Shown here in pieces: positions 8,616-19,715 of a stretch of DNA of 35,457 bases. The notes beneath the pieces were generated by a model. The model had not been told where the DNA came from. It did not search any database and saw only the letters and a list, made by a program, of their open reading frames with translations. Position 1 is the first letter of the stretch. Every line of letters begins with the position of its first letter. A program made the translations under genes and the position numbers. The DNA comes from Deltaproteobacteria bacterium (GTDB taxonomy: Bacteria; Myxococcota_A; Bradymonadia; REDH01): contig REDH01000108.1 of assembly GCA_007693585.1 (NCBI GenBank), positions 1 to 35,457 on the forward strand, written 5' to 3'.

Positions 8616-8670
8616 GTCGCGTCCCGTCGCGTCCCGTCGCGTCCCGTCGCGTCCCGTCGCGTCCCGTCCC
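8616..8670. repeat. 10-bp tandem repeat (GTCGCGTCCC)x5, intergenic between convergent genes
   Basis: Direct reading of 8616-8665 plus a partial unit. Confidence 0.92.
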
Positions 8671-8808
8671 GTCGTGTTCGGTTGGCGGGGCGTTCCCGGC
8701 GTCGCGCGGTGTGGTGCGCTGTCGCGTTCGGGCGGTGGGGTGCGCCGGGCGTCGCGTTGTGGTGTTCTCCCCCGGTGGGGAGGGTGTGCGGGCCCGGTTG
8801 CCGGGTGC

Positions 8809-9798
8809 TCAGGCGAGCATGTCCTTGACGGCGTCGCGTTCGGAGACGAGCTCTTCGGTGGTCTTCGCGAGGGCGGCCTGGCTGAAGTCGTTGAGCTCGA
8901 TGCCCTGGACGATCTCGTAGGTCCAGGGTGCGGTGATGCGGCAGGGGAAGGAGAAGATGAGTCCTTCGGGGATGCCGTAGGAGCCGTCGGAGGGGATGGC
9001 CATGGAGACGTAGTCTCCGGTCATGGCTCCGGTGGCCCAGGAGAAGATGTGGTCGATGGCCGCGGAGGCGGCGGAGGCGGCGGAGGACTTTCCGCGGGCC
9101 TGGATGATTTCGGCGCCGCGCTTCTGGACGCGGGTGAGGAAGTCGCCCTTGAGCCAGTCGTGGTCGGAGATGGCTTCGGTGACGGGTGTGCCGTCGATGG
9201 TGGCGTTGAAGAAGTCGGGGTACATGGTGGGGGAGTGGTTGCCCCAGATGGCGAGGTTCTTCACGGAGGCGACGGGCTTGCCGGCCCTTGCGGCGAGCTG
9301 TGCCATGGCGCGGTTCTGATCGAGCCGGGTCATGGCGTGGTAGTTGGCCTTGCTGGTGCGCGTGGCGCGGGAGGCGGCGATGAGGCAGTTGGTGTTGCAG
9401 GGGTTTCCGACGACGAGGACCTTGACGTCCTTGCTGGCGGAGCGGTCGATGGCCTCGCCCTGTCCGATGAAGATCTTGCCGTTGTCCTTGAGGAGGTCGG
9501 CCCGTTCCATGCCGGGTCCGCGGGGCTTGGCGCCGACGAGGATGGCGATGTCGGCGTCGCCGAAGCCTTCGTCGGGGTCGGAGGCGACCTTCGTTCCGGC
9601 GAGGAGGGGGAAGGCGCAGTCTTCGAGCTCCATGACGACGCCGCGGCAGGCGTCGAGGGCGACGGGGAGGTCGATGAGGTGGAGGATGACGGGCTGGTCG
9701 GGGCCGAGCAGGTCGCCGTTGGCGATGCGGAAGAGGAGGCTGTAGTCGATCTGGCCTGCGGCGCCGGTGACGGCAACGCGAACGGGGCTCTTGCTCAT
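8809..9798 (-). CDS. mdh: malate dehydrogenase, cytosolic-type MDH2 family (329 aa)
   Basis: [60 protein letters not shown]. Confidence 0.97.
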   Translation of the reverse strand: MSKSPVRVAVTGAAGQIDYSLLFRIANGDLLGPDQPVILHLIDLPVALDACRGVVMELEDCAFPLLAGTKVASDPDEGFGDADIAILVGAKPRGPGMERADLLKDNGKIFIGQGEAIDRSASKDVKVLVVGNPCNTNCLIAASRATRTSKANYHAMTRLDQNRAMAQLAARAGKPVASVKNLAIWGNHSPTMYPDFFNATIDGTPVTEAISDHDWLKGDFLTRVQKRGAEIIQARGKSSAASAASAAIDHIFSWATGAMTGDYVSMAIPSDGSYGIPEGLIFSFPCRITAPWTYEIVQGIELNDFSQAALAKTTEELVSERDAVKDMLA

Positions 9799-9914
9799 CG
9801 GGGACTCCCTGGGGTGGAGGTGAGGAGGTGTTCCCGCCGGGGCGGGCGGTGTCGGGCGTCGGGGGGATAACCGCGGCGGTGCCGGATGGCAACACGGCGG
9901 TTGTGGGTCCGGGT

Positions 9915-11279
9915 TCAGCGACCGGTTCCGACGCGTCTGCTGTAGGCGAGGAAGTGGTCGAAGTGTCCGAGGAGGGTGGTGCGCAGTTCGGGGTCGAGCT
10001 CGACGTCGTGTACGGGGCAGGCGTCCGGGGGGAGGACTTCGAAGAGGGACTCGGCCTGGTCGCCGGCGATGCGGGAGCGGAGCCACTGGGTGTTGCGGAG
10101 GACGTACTTGTGGTGGTCGGCGATGAAGGCGAACTGGTTGAACCGGTACTGGGGCAGGGTCTTGTTGTCCTTGTTGTACCAGTAGCTCTCCTGGATGGGC
10201 AGGGAGCGTTCGGGTTCGGCGACGACGTCGACGGGGTCGTCGGGGGTGTCGAGTTGTCCGGCGGCGAGGAGTGTGCCGTGGATGTGACGTGCGCTGACGG
10301 GGGTGTGGATGGTCCGCGGTTCGGCGTCGGGGGGGAGGGCGTGGAAGAGGACGTGTGTGCCGGCGTCGTTGACGTTGCTGAAGTGGTATTCCCAGTTCTG
10401 TTCGCCGAAGTTGTCGCCGTGGTCGGAGCCGAAGAAGACGTGGTTTCCGGTGTCTTCGTGCATTTCCTGGAGGAAGGCGTCGATCATGGGGGCGAGGCGG
10501 TTCCATGCGCGCCGTTGTCGGTCGCGGAGGGCGAGGAGCATGGGGGGCGCGATCACCTCGCGGTCGACGGTGAGGCGGGTCTGGTTGGCGAGGTGGAAGA
10601 GGCTGACGATCTCCTTCGCTCTCCAGATGACGCCGTCTCGGGAGGGTTCGAAGGTGTCGGCGATGTGGTAGGGGAAGTGGCTCTCCATGAGGTTGATGAA
10701 GAGGAAGGCCTTCTGGCCGCGGTTCTCGCATTCGCGGAGGATGCGCCGGGCCATGTCGAACTGCATCTCGGCGTTGGACTGCATCCAGGAGCGCGCGGCG
10801 TTCACGTCTTCGGCGAGTCGTCCGGCGACGAAGTCTTCGGTGTCGGTGAGGAGCTTTCGTCGGATGCGGGGTCGGGCGAGGATGGAGAGGATGGTGTCGA
10901 CGAGTCCGTGGCGTCTGTCGGCGAGGGTCCAGACGCGGTGGACCTCGTCGAAGCCGCGGTCGAGGCCGAAGATGTGGGTCGTGGCGGGGTTGGCGGTGAT
11001 CTGGACGGTGCGGTACCCGGCGTCGCGGTAGCGTTCGGCGACGGTGGGGACATCGCGGGAGATGTCTCGCGTCTGGGTGGTGGCCCCGTGCTCGGAGGGG
11101 AGCAGGCCGGTGAACATGGACCCGGTGGCGGGCAGGGTCCAGCAGCCGGCGGAGCGCATCTGCGAGAACCGGGTGGAGCGGGACTCGGTGTAGGGCAGCG
11201 TCGCCTGGCCTGCGAGGTGGGCGCTGTCGTAGCGAAGGCTGTCCGCGACGAGGAAGATCACATGGCCGTCCGCCGGCAT
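9915..11279 (-). CDS. sulfatase-like hydrolase/transferase (alkaline phosphatase superfamily)
   Basis: [56 protein letters not shown]. Confidence 0.85.
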   Translation of the reverse strand: MPADGHVIFLVADSLRYDSAHLAGQATLPYTESRSTRFSQMRSAGCWTLPATGSMFTGLLPSEHGATTQTRDISRDVPTVAERYRDAGYRTVQITANPATTHIFGLDRGFDEVHRVWTLADRRHGLVDTILSILARPRIRRKLLTDTEDFVAGRLAEDVNAARSWMQSNAEMQFDMARRILRECENRGQKAFLFINLMESHFPYHIADTFEPSRDGVIWRAKEIVSLFHLANQTRLTVDREVIAPPMLLALRDRQRRAWNRLAPMIDAFLQEMHEDTGNHVFFGSDHGDNFGEQNWEYHFSNVNDAGTHVLFHALPPDAEPRTIHTPVSARHIHGTLLAAGQLDTPDDPVDVVAEPERSLPIQESYWYNKDNKTLPQYRFNQFAFIADHHKYVLRNTQWLRSRIAGDQAESLFEVLPPDACPVHDVELDPELRTTLLGHFDHFLAYSRRVGTGR

Positions 11280-11589
11280 GGCGAGTCCGTGAGGAAGGAG
11301 GGGTCATGTCCCCCGGGGCGCCGGAGGCGGGCGGAGGGCTACCACAGCCATGCGCGCGCGCGCAACGCGGGGATTGGGGGTCGACGCCTCCGGCTCGGAG
11401 CCCGGCGCCTGCGCGCAACGCGAGGATTGCGGCGGAAGCGTCCGGTGCCCAGCATCCCCGCACCGGCGCGGTGCGGGTTGTCCGGCCCGCGCTCGCGACG
11501 GCTCCGCGCCGCGTCTCCTGCCGTCGCGGTTCCTTCCGTCGCGGGGTGCTCGCACCCGGTCCGCTTCCTCGTGCCTCCCACCGTCCGTC

Positions 11590-13080
11590 ATGATGGTTCG
11601 ATCCCCTTCGCCGCTTCGTACGTTCTCCCTGTGGCTCGTGTGCCGGTCGCTGCTGCGGGCGGTGGCGCTCCTCGCGCTGGTCGGGGGGTGCAACCGGGAG
11701 GGTCCTCGGGAGCGTTCCGGGCCGCCGGAGGCGGTGGAGCAGGCGATGGAGTCGACGGAGGCGCCGGGGGAGAGCGGGGCGCTCGCGGAGGACCCCGTGG
11801 AGCTGGTTTCGCCGCCGGGCCTGCGGGCGCGGGGGCGGGTGATGTCGGTGCCGGATCGGCTGCGCGCCCGGCTGATCGAGGCGATTGTTCCGCTCGACGA
11901 CGGTGCGCTGGTGGCGACGCTGGACGTGCGGCCGCCGCGCGCGGACATCCGGGTGTATCGCCTGGGTTCGGCGTCGGGCGGGGCGTTTCTCGAGCCGGTG
12001 GGGGAGGAGGCCCTCGGCGTGGGGCGGGTGCGGTCGACGGTGCCGCGGCTCGTTCCGCTCGCGGGGCAGGGGCTCGCGGTGTTCCAGTCCCTCGACTTCC
12101 TGTCGGAGGTCGACAAGGAGCGGGCGTTGCTGCAGTGGTGGGCGTCCGGCGAGTCGGGGCGGCTCGATGGTCCGGATGTGCTCCCGCTGCCGGAGGGTTT
12201 CCTGCTGGGGCGCGAGGTCTCGATGGGCGCGGTGGGCCGGCACGTGGCGCTGTGCGGCTCGCGGGTGGCGGACCTCGACTCGCTGGAGGACGAGGTGATC
12301 GAGGATGTGTACTGCGGGCTGTGGGCGCCGGGGGAAGGGCGATGGGTGAGCCCGCTGGAGCCGGTGGTGCGGGGGGGGAACGGCATCGTCCAGTTCGATG
12401 TTCTGGGTGGTGGCGAACACGGCGCGTTCCTGCTCCGGGTCGAGGCGGACGGGGAGGGGTGGCGTCCCCACGGCACGCTGCTGCTTCCGCCGGAGGAGGA
12501 CGGCCAGCCCATGCGGGTCGTGGAGCTGGGCGAGCTGTCCGGGGAGGCGCTCGGTGCGGGTCGCTCGTCGTTCGTCTGGAGCACGCCGCCGCTCGCGAGT
12601 GTCGGGCCGGACACGGCGGCGTACTATCTGCCGCGGGTGGGGGATGACCCGGCGCGTGGGGGGCAGGTGCTCCGCAGCGGCGAGCGGCTGGGTGATCGCC
12701 GGCAGCTCCCGTCCTGGCCGGCCCGCACCGAGCGGGCGGTGATGCTGCCGGGAGCGGAGGGGCATCTCATGCTCTTCGACTCCCTCGGTCCGCGGGGGGA
12801 GCGGACGCTGGTGCGTTTTGCGGAGGCCGGCATCCACGCGATGGACTACTGGACCCCGCTCGACACGGCGGATCATGCGGCGATGGCCCGGCTGGGGGCG
12901 GCCACCGCCGGGGTGGTGGCGATGGTGCAGGACGTGGGGGATCGTCCGGGCGTGATCAGCGTGCTCGAGGGGGCCTCGTTGCTGGCGCGCCCGCCGGCGG
13001 CGGAGGAGGGGGGCGGGGAGGACGCGGTCCCGCTTCCGGAGGATGCGGACGCGGAGAAGGAGAATCCGGACGGGCCGTGA
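11590..13080 (+). CDS. hypothetical lipoprotein (beta-rich)
   Basis: Signal peptide ending [11 protein letters not shown]-ending codons; no recognised motif; exact start uncertain. Confidence 0.7.
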   Translation: MMVRSPSPLRTFSLWLVCRSLLRAVALLALVGGCNREGPRERSGPPEAVEQAMESTEAPGESGALAEDPVELVSPPGLRARGRVMSVPDRLRARLIEAIVPLDDGALVATLDVRPPRADIRVYRLGSASGGAFLEPVGEEALGVGRVRSTVPRLVPLAGQGLAVFQSLDFLSEVDKERALLQWWASGESGRLDGPDVLPLPEGFLLGREVSMGAVGRHVALCGSRVADLDSLEDEVIEDVYCGLWAPGEGRWVSPLEPVVRGGNGIVQFDVLGGGEHGAFLLRVEADGEGWRPHGTLLLPPEEDGQPMRVVELGELSGEALGAGRSSFVWSTPPLASVGPDTAAYYLPRVGDDPARGGQVLRSGERLGDRRQLPSWPARTERAVMLPGAEGHLMLFDSLGPRGERTLVRFAEAGIHAMDYWTPLDTADHAAMARLGAATAGVVAMVQDVGDRPGVISVLEGASLLARPPAAEEGGGEDAVPLPEDADAEKENPDGP

Positions 13081-13340
13081 GCGCGGAGCGGGCGGGTTGG
13101 TGCGGGGGGGGCGGGGTGCGTTGTTCGGTTTCGGGGGTGTGGTGGATGCTTCGCGGGCCCTGGTGGCGTGGCCGCGGGCGCAGCGGGCCGATGCGCGTGC
13201 GGTTGCCGCCGGCCTGTCCGGAAGGGGCTCCCGCTGTGGGTGGTGCGGCGTGCGTGTCGGGCTCGTCGGTGCGCGATCACCCGCATCCGCGGGCTCTCGT
13301 GTGATTTGGCCCGCGGTGGTGGGAGGTCGATCCCGGTGGA

Positions 13341-13580
13341 TCAGGAGGGGGGGAGCGTGTCGAATTCGAGGGAGATGATGCGCAGCGGGCCGCTGGCGCG
13401 CACGGTGAGCACGTCGATGTCCGCGAGGCCTCGCCGTTCGAGCAGGATCCTGAACTGCTGGCGGAGTCCGTCGGCGAGGGCGGGGTCCTCGACGGCGAGG
13501 GTGACCGCACGGAGATCGTCGCGCCGGCCGTTGGCCATGCTCAGGACGGACCGTGCGAGGTCCTGGAGCTGCTCACGCAT
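13341..13580 (-). CDS. small protein (79 aa) resembling the HypA alpha/beta domain without the Zn finger
   Basis: [18 protein letters not shown]...[25 protein letters not shown]...[12 protein letters not shown]; lies directly downstream of a consensus sigma54 promoter; alternative GTG start at 13601. Confidence 0.65.
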   Translation of the reverse strand: MREQLQDLARSVLSMANGRRDDLRAVTLAVEDPALADGLRQQFRILLERRGLADIDVLTVRASGPLRIISLEFDTLPPS

Positions 13581-13614
13581 CTGTCGGGTCAGTTCGCTCA
13601 CGCCGGAGGTGATC

Positions 13615-13630
13615 TGCAATGCTCGTGCCA
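13615..13630 (-). promoter_or_regulatory. sigma54 (RpoN) -24/-12 promoter
   Basis: Minus strand TGGCACG-AGCA-TTGCA matches the TGGCACG-N4-TTGCW consensus exactly; predicted TSS near 13604. Confidence 0.88.
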
Positions 13631-13725
13631 GACCGTGCTCCGTCGGGACGGGGGCAGGGTGTTCCGGTTCGGTGCGCTGGCCGGATGCGTGGAGGGAGAA
13701 GAACCGGGGGGGGCGTACGGAGCGG

Positions 13726-13751
13726 TTGCACGGGCGGGTTCTGCGGTGCAA
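13726..13751. promoter_or_regulatory. candidate upstream activator sequence (enhancer) for the adjacent sigma54 activator
   Basis: Inverted repeat TTGCAC-N14-GTGCAA about 100-120 bp upstream of the -24 element. Confidence 0.5.
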
Positions 13752-13801
13752 GACAGGGACGCCGAGGGCCGTGAACCCACCGCGAGGGGATGGAGAAGCT
13801 G

Positions 13802-15172
<1,371 letters not shown>

Positions 15173-15268
15173 AGCGGGGCTGCTCCCGGGGTGCGGGTCG
15201 GGTCGCTGGCGCCGGCGTCGCTCGTCCGGAGGGTTGTCGATGACGCCCACGGGGTCGGGGCGCGCGGA

Positions 15269-16759
15269 TCAGGTGGGGTCGCGGTCGACGGCGCCGGGAT
15301 CCATGCGGATCACGAAGCAGGCGCCGCCCAGCCCGGGGCGGGGGTCGAGTTCGAGGTCACCGTCCATGGCGTGCATCATGCGCTGGGAGATGGGAAGCCC
15401 GAGTCCGGTTCCGCGGACCTTCGTCGTGAAGAAGGGTTCGAAGAGGCGGGCGACGGCTTCCTCGGCGACCCCGGGGCCGCTGTCGCTCACGCGGAGGCAG
15501 CCGGGGCTGCACTCGGCGCGCACGGTTCCTTCGCCGTCCATGGCCTGGATGGCGTTGAGCACGAGGTTGAGCATCACCTGACGCAGCATGTCGGGGTCGG
15601 CGAGAGCGCTGCCGTGGCCGTCGATCTCGAAGGTGACCCGGTCCGCTTCGGTGGACTGGCTCTCGAAGACATCTTCGGCCATGGCGCGGAGGTCCACGGT
15701 GCGCACGTGGGGTTCCTTGGGCCGGGCGAAGGCGAGGAGGTCGCTCACCAGCCGGTTGAGGCCGAGGATCTGGTCGAGGACCTTGCGCATGATGGGTTGT
15801 CGGCGGTCGTCTTCGGGGAGGCTTCCCGCGAAGACCTGGAGGGCGCCGCTGATGCCGGCGAGGGGGTTTCGGAGCTCGTGGGCCACCGCGGCGGAGAGGG
15901 CGCCGATCTGGGCGAGGGATTCGGAGCGTCGGAGCCGGGCCTCGTTCTGGACGGCTTCGGTGATGTCCTCGATGTGGAGGATGAGGCTCGCCCGTCCGTG
16001 GCGCACGGGCTGGAGGTGGAGGGCGAGGTGGCGGGGGAGCCCGTCGATCTCGGCGTCCACGCGGGGGATGGTGATCTGTCGTCCGGTGTCGACGGCGCGC
16101 TGGATGTGGGCCTCGAGGGCGGCGCCCTCGACGAGGTCGATCGGCAGGCTGTCGAGGTAGGGGTTTCCGGGGATGAGGCGATCGCCGAGCATGGCGCGTT
16201 CGGGGTGGGTGGCCGCGGTGATGCGGAGCTCGCGGTCGAGCACGACCACGGTCACGGGAATGCTGGAGACGATGAGCTCGGAGAATTCGCGCAGGCGTTC
16301 CTCCTCGTGGACGGTGAGGAAGTTTCCGGTCATCGCGGCGAGGTCGATGTCGGTGATCCTGATGATGGCCCCGCAGACGTCTTCGGTGGGGAGGTCGGCG
16401 GTGTGGGCGAGCTCCAGGAAGTGTTCGCGGACGACGCCCATGGCCATGAACATGGCGGTGTGGGGCAGTCCGATCTCCACGTGGACGCGTCCGATGCGCT
16501 GTCGGCGTTCGAAGTACTCCTCGTCCCAGGGGCCGTTGAAGAGCTCCTTCATCCAGGTCTTGAGGGTGGCCATGAGCCTTGCGAGCTGCGCGTCATCGCG
16601 GATCACGAAGCGCGTGCTCGGGTGGGCGAGGGCCTGTTCGTAGAAGCGGGCGCAGATCTCGTCGAGGTGGGGTGCGACGCGCGGCCAGACGGTCCGGAGG
16701 GTGTCCTCGTCGCGTGCGGAGAAGCCCAGGTAGGACTTCAGTTCGTCGAGCGGATGCAT
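15269..16759 (-). CDS. globin-coupled sensor histidine kinase (protoglobin + PAS-like + HisKA + HATPase)
   Basis: Sensor globin: ELKSYLGFSARD, RFYEQAL, RIGRVHVEIGL (proximal His). Kinase: AHELRNPL, NLVLNAIQA, DSGPG, FEPFFTTK, GTGLGL. Confidence 0.92.
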   Translation of the reverse strand: MHPLDELKSYLGFSARDEDTLRTVWPRVAPHLDEICARFYEQALAHPSTRFVIRDDAQLARLMATLKTWMKELFNGPWDEEYFERRQRIGRVHVEIGLPHTAMFMAMGVVREHFLELAHTADLPTEDVCGAIIRITDIDLAAMTGNFLTVHEEERLREFSELIVSSIPVTVVVLDRELRITAATHPERAMLGDRLIPGNPYLDSLPIDLVEGAALEAHIQRAVDTGRQITIPRVDAEIDGLPRHLALHLQPVRHGRASLILHIEDITEAVQNEARLRRSESLAQIGALSAAVAHELRNPLAGISGALQVFAGSLPEDDRRQPIMRKVLDQILGLNRLVSDLLAFARPKEPHVRTVDLRAMAEDVFESQSTEADRVTFEIDGHGSALADPDMLRQVMLNLVLNAIQAMDGEGTVRAECSPGCLRVSDSGPGVAEEAVARLFEPFFTTKVRGTGLGLPISQRMMHAMDGDLELDPRPGLGGACFVIRMDPGAVDRDPT

Positions 16760-16830
16760 TCGTCGCGGGGGTGGAGGGGCGCGGGCACGCCGGGACGGGT
16801 GGGTGAGGGACCGGGTGCCGGCGGCGCCGT

Positions 16831-19512
16831 TCAGTCCTGTGCGGGGGTGGGGGTGATGGTGGAGACGATGCTGTCGTCGTCGAGGACGAGGGCGACGACG
16901 AATTCCTCGCCGAGGTCTCCGGCGACGAACACATCGTGGCTTGCGCTGGCGGGGTCAAGCTCGAGGTCGAAGCGGGCGAGCACGGTGTCGCCGTCGGCGG
17001 CGACGATCTCGAGGGTGACGGGTCCGGGGGCGCGGGAGAGGGAGAAGGTGTCGCCGAGGTTGACGTTGCCCTGGGTGGCGACGGGGTTCAGGTCTCCGGT
17101 GCCGTCGTCCTCGGACAGGCGCAGGGAGACGGCTCCGGTGCCGGAGGTGGCGTGGTGGATGCGGAGGGTTCCTTCGCCGTCTTCGGCGATGTCCGTCTCG
17201 GAGAGGACGTCGACGTCGAAGGTGTCGACGGCGGGGGCGGTGCTGCCGAAGGCCCAGGCGAGGTGTTGCTGTCCGGCGACGATGCGGACGAAGGAGCGGT
17301 AGAGGGCGTCGTCGAGCGCGCCGCCGGCGGGGACGACGGCGATGTCGCGCATGCCGGCGGGGATGGGGGCGTAGGCGGCCCGTGCGTCTCCGGGGGCGGA
17401 GCCGGGCACGTTGGCGCCGAAGGGCACGGTGTCGGCGATCGGTTGTCCATCGACCCAGATGTCGACGGCGGGTCCGAGGAGGGTGGGCATGGCCGGGTCG
17501 AGGGGGGTGTCGTCGGTGAATGCGGCGTGCTGGATGCGGACGAGGCCGGTCTCGGGGAGGACGCGGGTCATCTGGCTGCTGGCGTCGACGGCGAGGAGGA
17601 AGACGGCGGGGAAGGTGAGGTCGCCGGCGGCGAAGACGGCGAGGACGTCCCCGTCCTCGACCTCGATGGCGAACTCGAGTGCGGGGGCGATGCTTCCGGG
17701 TCCGCCGAGTCCTCCGGCCCACAGGCCGATGGTCCAGGCGCCGGGGGGTACGCTCACGGGTTCGCCGGCGGTGCCGAAGGCGATGTCGGCGAGGAGGGGG
17801 CTCTCGGGTCCGAACGGCGTGCCGTCGGGGGTGGCGAAGACCTGGGCCTGTCCGACGTTGGCGGCGGCGTGGAAGAGGGTGAGGACCGCGGCGCCGTCTT
17901 CGGGGGTGGTGGCGGTCTCGTCGGTGGCGGCGAGACCGAAGGCGGCGGTTGCGTTCTCGGGGGGAGCGGTCGCGTTGCCGTAGGCCCACAGGGTGGTGCG
18001 GGTTCCGGGCTGCAGGCGGGGGGCGAGGGTGCCGATGGCGGCGGTGGCGAGGGCTTCGCCGGTGAGGGCATCGCCGGGTTCACCGGGTTCGACGAAGTCG
18101 GTGGGCACGATGTGCACGAGCCAGTCGCCGGCGGGGATCATGAGCCAGTCGTCGGCGGGGGTGGCCGAGCCGGGGACGTTGGCGCCGAACGGGAGGGCGG
18201 CGACCCTGCGTTCTCCGCGCAGGTAGAGGTCGACGAAGGGGGGGATGAGCGGGGTGTCGCCGTCCATGGCTGCGGGTACGTCGGTCACGAACGCGGCGTG
18301 CTGGACCCGGACGGAGGTCATGCTCGGCAGCAGCCGGTCGACGATGCTGTCGCTGGTGAGGGTGAGGGCGAACACGGCTTCCTGTGCTGCGTCGCCGGTG
18401 AGGAAGATGCGCAGGAGGGATTCGGGTTCGGTGAGGTCGGCGGCGAAGACGAGGGCGATGGGGAGTTGATCACCGACGGCGCCGGCCAGCGGGGCGATGC
18501 CGAGTTCCCAGACACCGGGCTCGAGTTCGAGCGCGTCGGCGGCCTCACCGAAGGCGAGGGAGGGGATGGCGGGCTCGGCGGGGAAGTCGTCGTCCTCGAC
18601 GCCGCGGACGAACACGGCCACAGGGCCGATGTTCGCGACGGCGTGCTGGAGGCCGAGCGCCGTGACGCCGTCGTCCTCGGGCCACGCGACGTCGTCGCGG
18701 GTGAGTCGCGCGCCGAAGGCGTTGAGCTCGGCGATCTCGCCGTCGGTCCGGCCGTAGGCCCAGGCGGTGTACCAGGCGTTTGGCTCGAAGGTGAAGTCTC
18801 CGGCGAAGAGGGCCTCGTCGTCGAGGTCGGCTTCGTCCAGCGCGGGGGCGGGCTCGCCATCGGCGTCGAGGTCGGTGGGGACCACGTGGACGCGCAGGGT
18901 GCCGGCGGGCAGGGTGGTGTAGGCGGTACGGTCCTCGCCGGTGGCCGAGCCCGGGAGGTTGGCGCCGAAGGGCACGGCGGCGCGGATGCGGCCGCCGTCG
19001 AGGTAGACGTCCACGAAGGGCGGGATGAGGTCGACGCCGGTGTCGGACTGTCCCTGCGCTTCGGTGGTGAGGAACGCGGCGTGCTGGATGCGCACGTTCA
19101 TCTCGGCGCAGCGGCCGGTGCCCTCGTCACAGGAGCCGCCGTCGACGGAGAGGGCGCAGTCGAAGGCGAGCCGGCGGCGGAAGTCGCTCTGGGGCTGGTC
19201 GACGCACTGCACGGAGCTGGTTCCGTCGCAGGTGGCGGCGGGGTCCTCGGGCGCGCACTCGTTCGGTCCGGGCGTGGCGGTCGTGGTGGGTCCGTTCGGG
19301 TCGGTCGTGGGGGTGCCCGGTTCGGAGGAGACCGACGACGATACGCCGGGGCCGCTCGTCGATCCGGGCTCGCCGGAGTCCGAGGGTTCTGCCGGCACCT
19401 CGGGGGGCGGGACATCCGGCCAGTCCTCCGAGGAGACGCAGCCGGCGGCGACGAGGGCGAGGGCGAGGGGAACGAGCGCGAGCTGCAGCAGTGCGGCGGT
19501 CGTGGTTCGCAT
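16831..19512 (-). CDS. large acidic lipoprotein with three DUF4397-like repeat units (about 893 aa)
   Basis: Lipobox AAGC; three repeats of [IV]QHAAF...VD[VLI][YW]..G...PFGAN.PGSA...WA[YF]G, each followed by a second H-A-containing beta module; start trimmed from the 16831..21048 ORF. Confidence 0.8.
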   Translation of the reverse strand: MRTTTAALLQLALVPLALALVAAGCVSSEDWPDVPPPEVPAEPSDSGEPGSTSGPGVSSSVSSEPGTPTTDPNGPTTTATPGPNECAPEDPAATCDGTSSVQCVDQPQSDFRRRLAFDCALSVDGGSCDEGTGRCAEMNVRIQHAAFLTTEAQGQSDTGVDLIPPFVDVYLDGGRIRAAVPFGANLPGSATGEDRTAYTTLPAGTLRVHVVPTDLDADGEPAPALDEADLDDEALFAGDFTFEPNAWYTAWAYGRTDGEIAELNAFGARLTRDDVAWPEDDGVTALGLQHAVANIGPVAVFVRGVEDDDFPAEPAIPSLAFGEAADALELEPGVWELGIAPLAGAVGDQLPIALVFAADLTEPESLLRIFLTGDAAQEAVFALTLTSDSIVDRLLPSMTSVRVQHAAFVTDVPAAMDGDTPLIPPFVDLYLRGERRVAALPFGANVPGSATPADDWLMIPAGDWLVHIVPTDFVEPGEPGDALTGEALATAAIGTLAPRLQPGTRTTLWAYGNATAPPENATAAFGLAATDETATTPEDGAAVLTLFHAAANVGQAQVFATPDGTPFGPESPLLADIAFGTAGEPVSVPPGAWTIGLWAGGLGGPGSIAPALEFAIEVEDGDVLAVFAAGDLTFPAVFLLAVDASSQMTRVLPETGLVRIQHAAFTDDTPLDPAMPTLLGPAVDIWVDGQPIADTVPFGANVPGSAPGDARAAYAPIPAGMRDIAVVPAGGALDDALYRSFVRIVAGQQHLAWAFGSTAPAVDTFDVDVLSETDIAEDGEGTLRIHHATSGTGAVSLRLSEDDGTGDLNPVATQGNVNLGDTFSLSRAPGPVTLEIVAADGDTVLARFDLELDPASASHDVFVAGDLGEEFVVALVLDDDSIVSTITPTPAQD

Positions 19513-19715
19513 CGGTTCAACTCCGGGAGATTCGGTTCGGCGCCGGACGCCGGGGGCGTGCGGGCACGGGGAAGGCCATGGGCTCCGCGAGCCTAGCGTC
19601 CCGATCCCGGGACGACAAGCGCTCCCCGGGTGCGGTCGGGTGACGCGCAGCGGCACGCGGGCATGGGCGGGGCGGGGTCGGGCCCAGGCGGCAGGTCGTG
19701 GGGTCCGTCGTGGGA

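Noticed and set aside
8809..12876. 1355-aa ORF suggesting a large MDH fusion
   Set aside because: The MDH domain starts at ATG 9798 with a GGGAG RBS; the upstream part overlaps the sulfatase-like gene in another frame and the lipoprotein antisense
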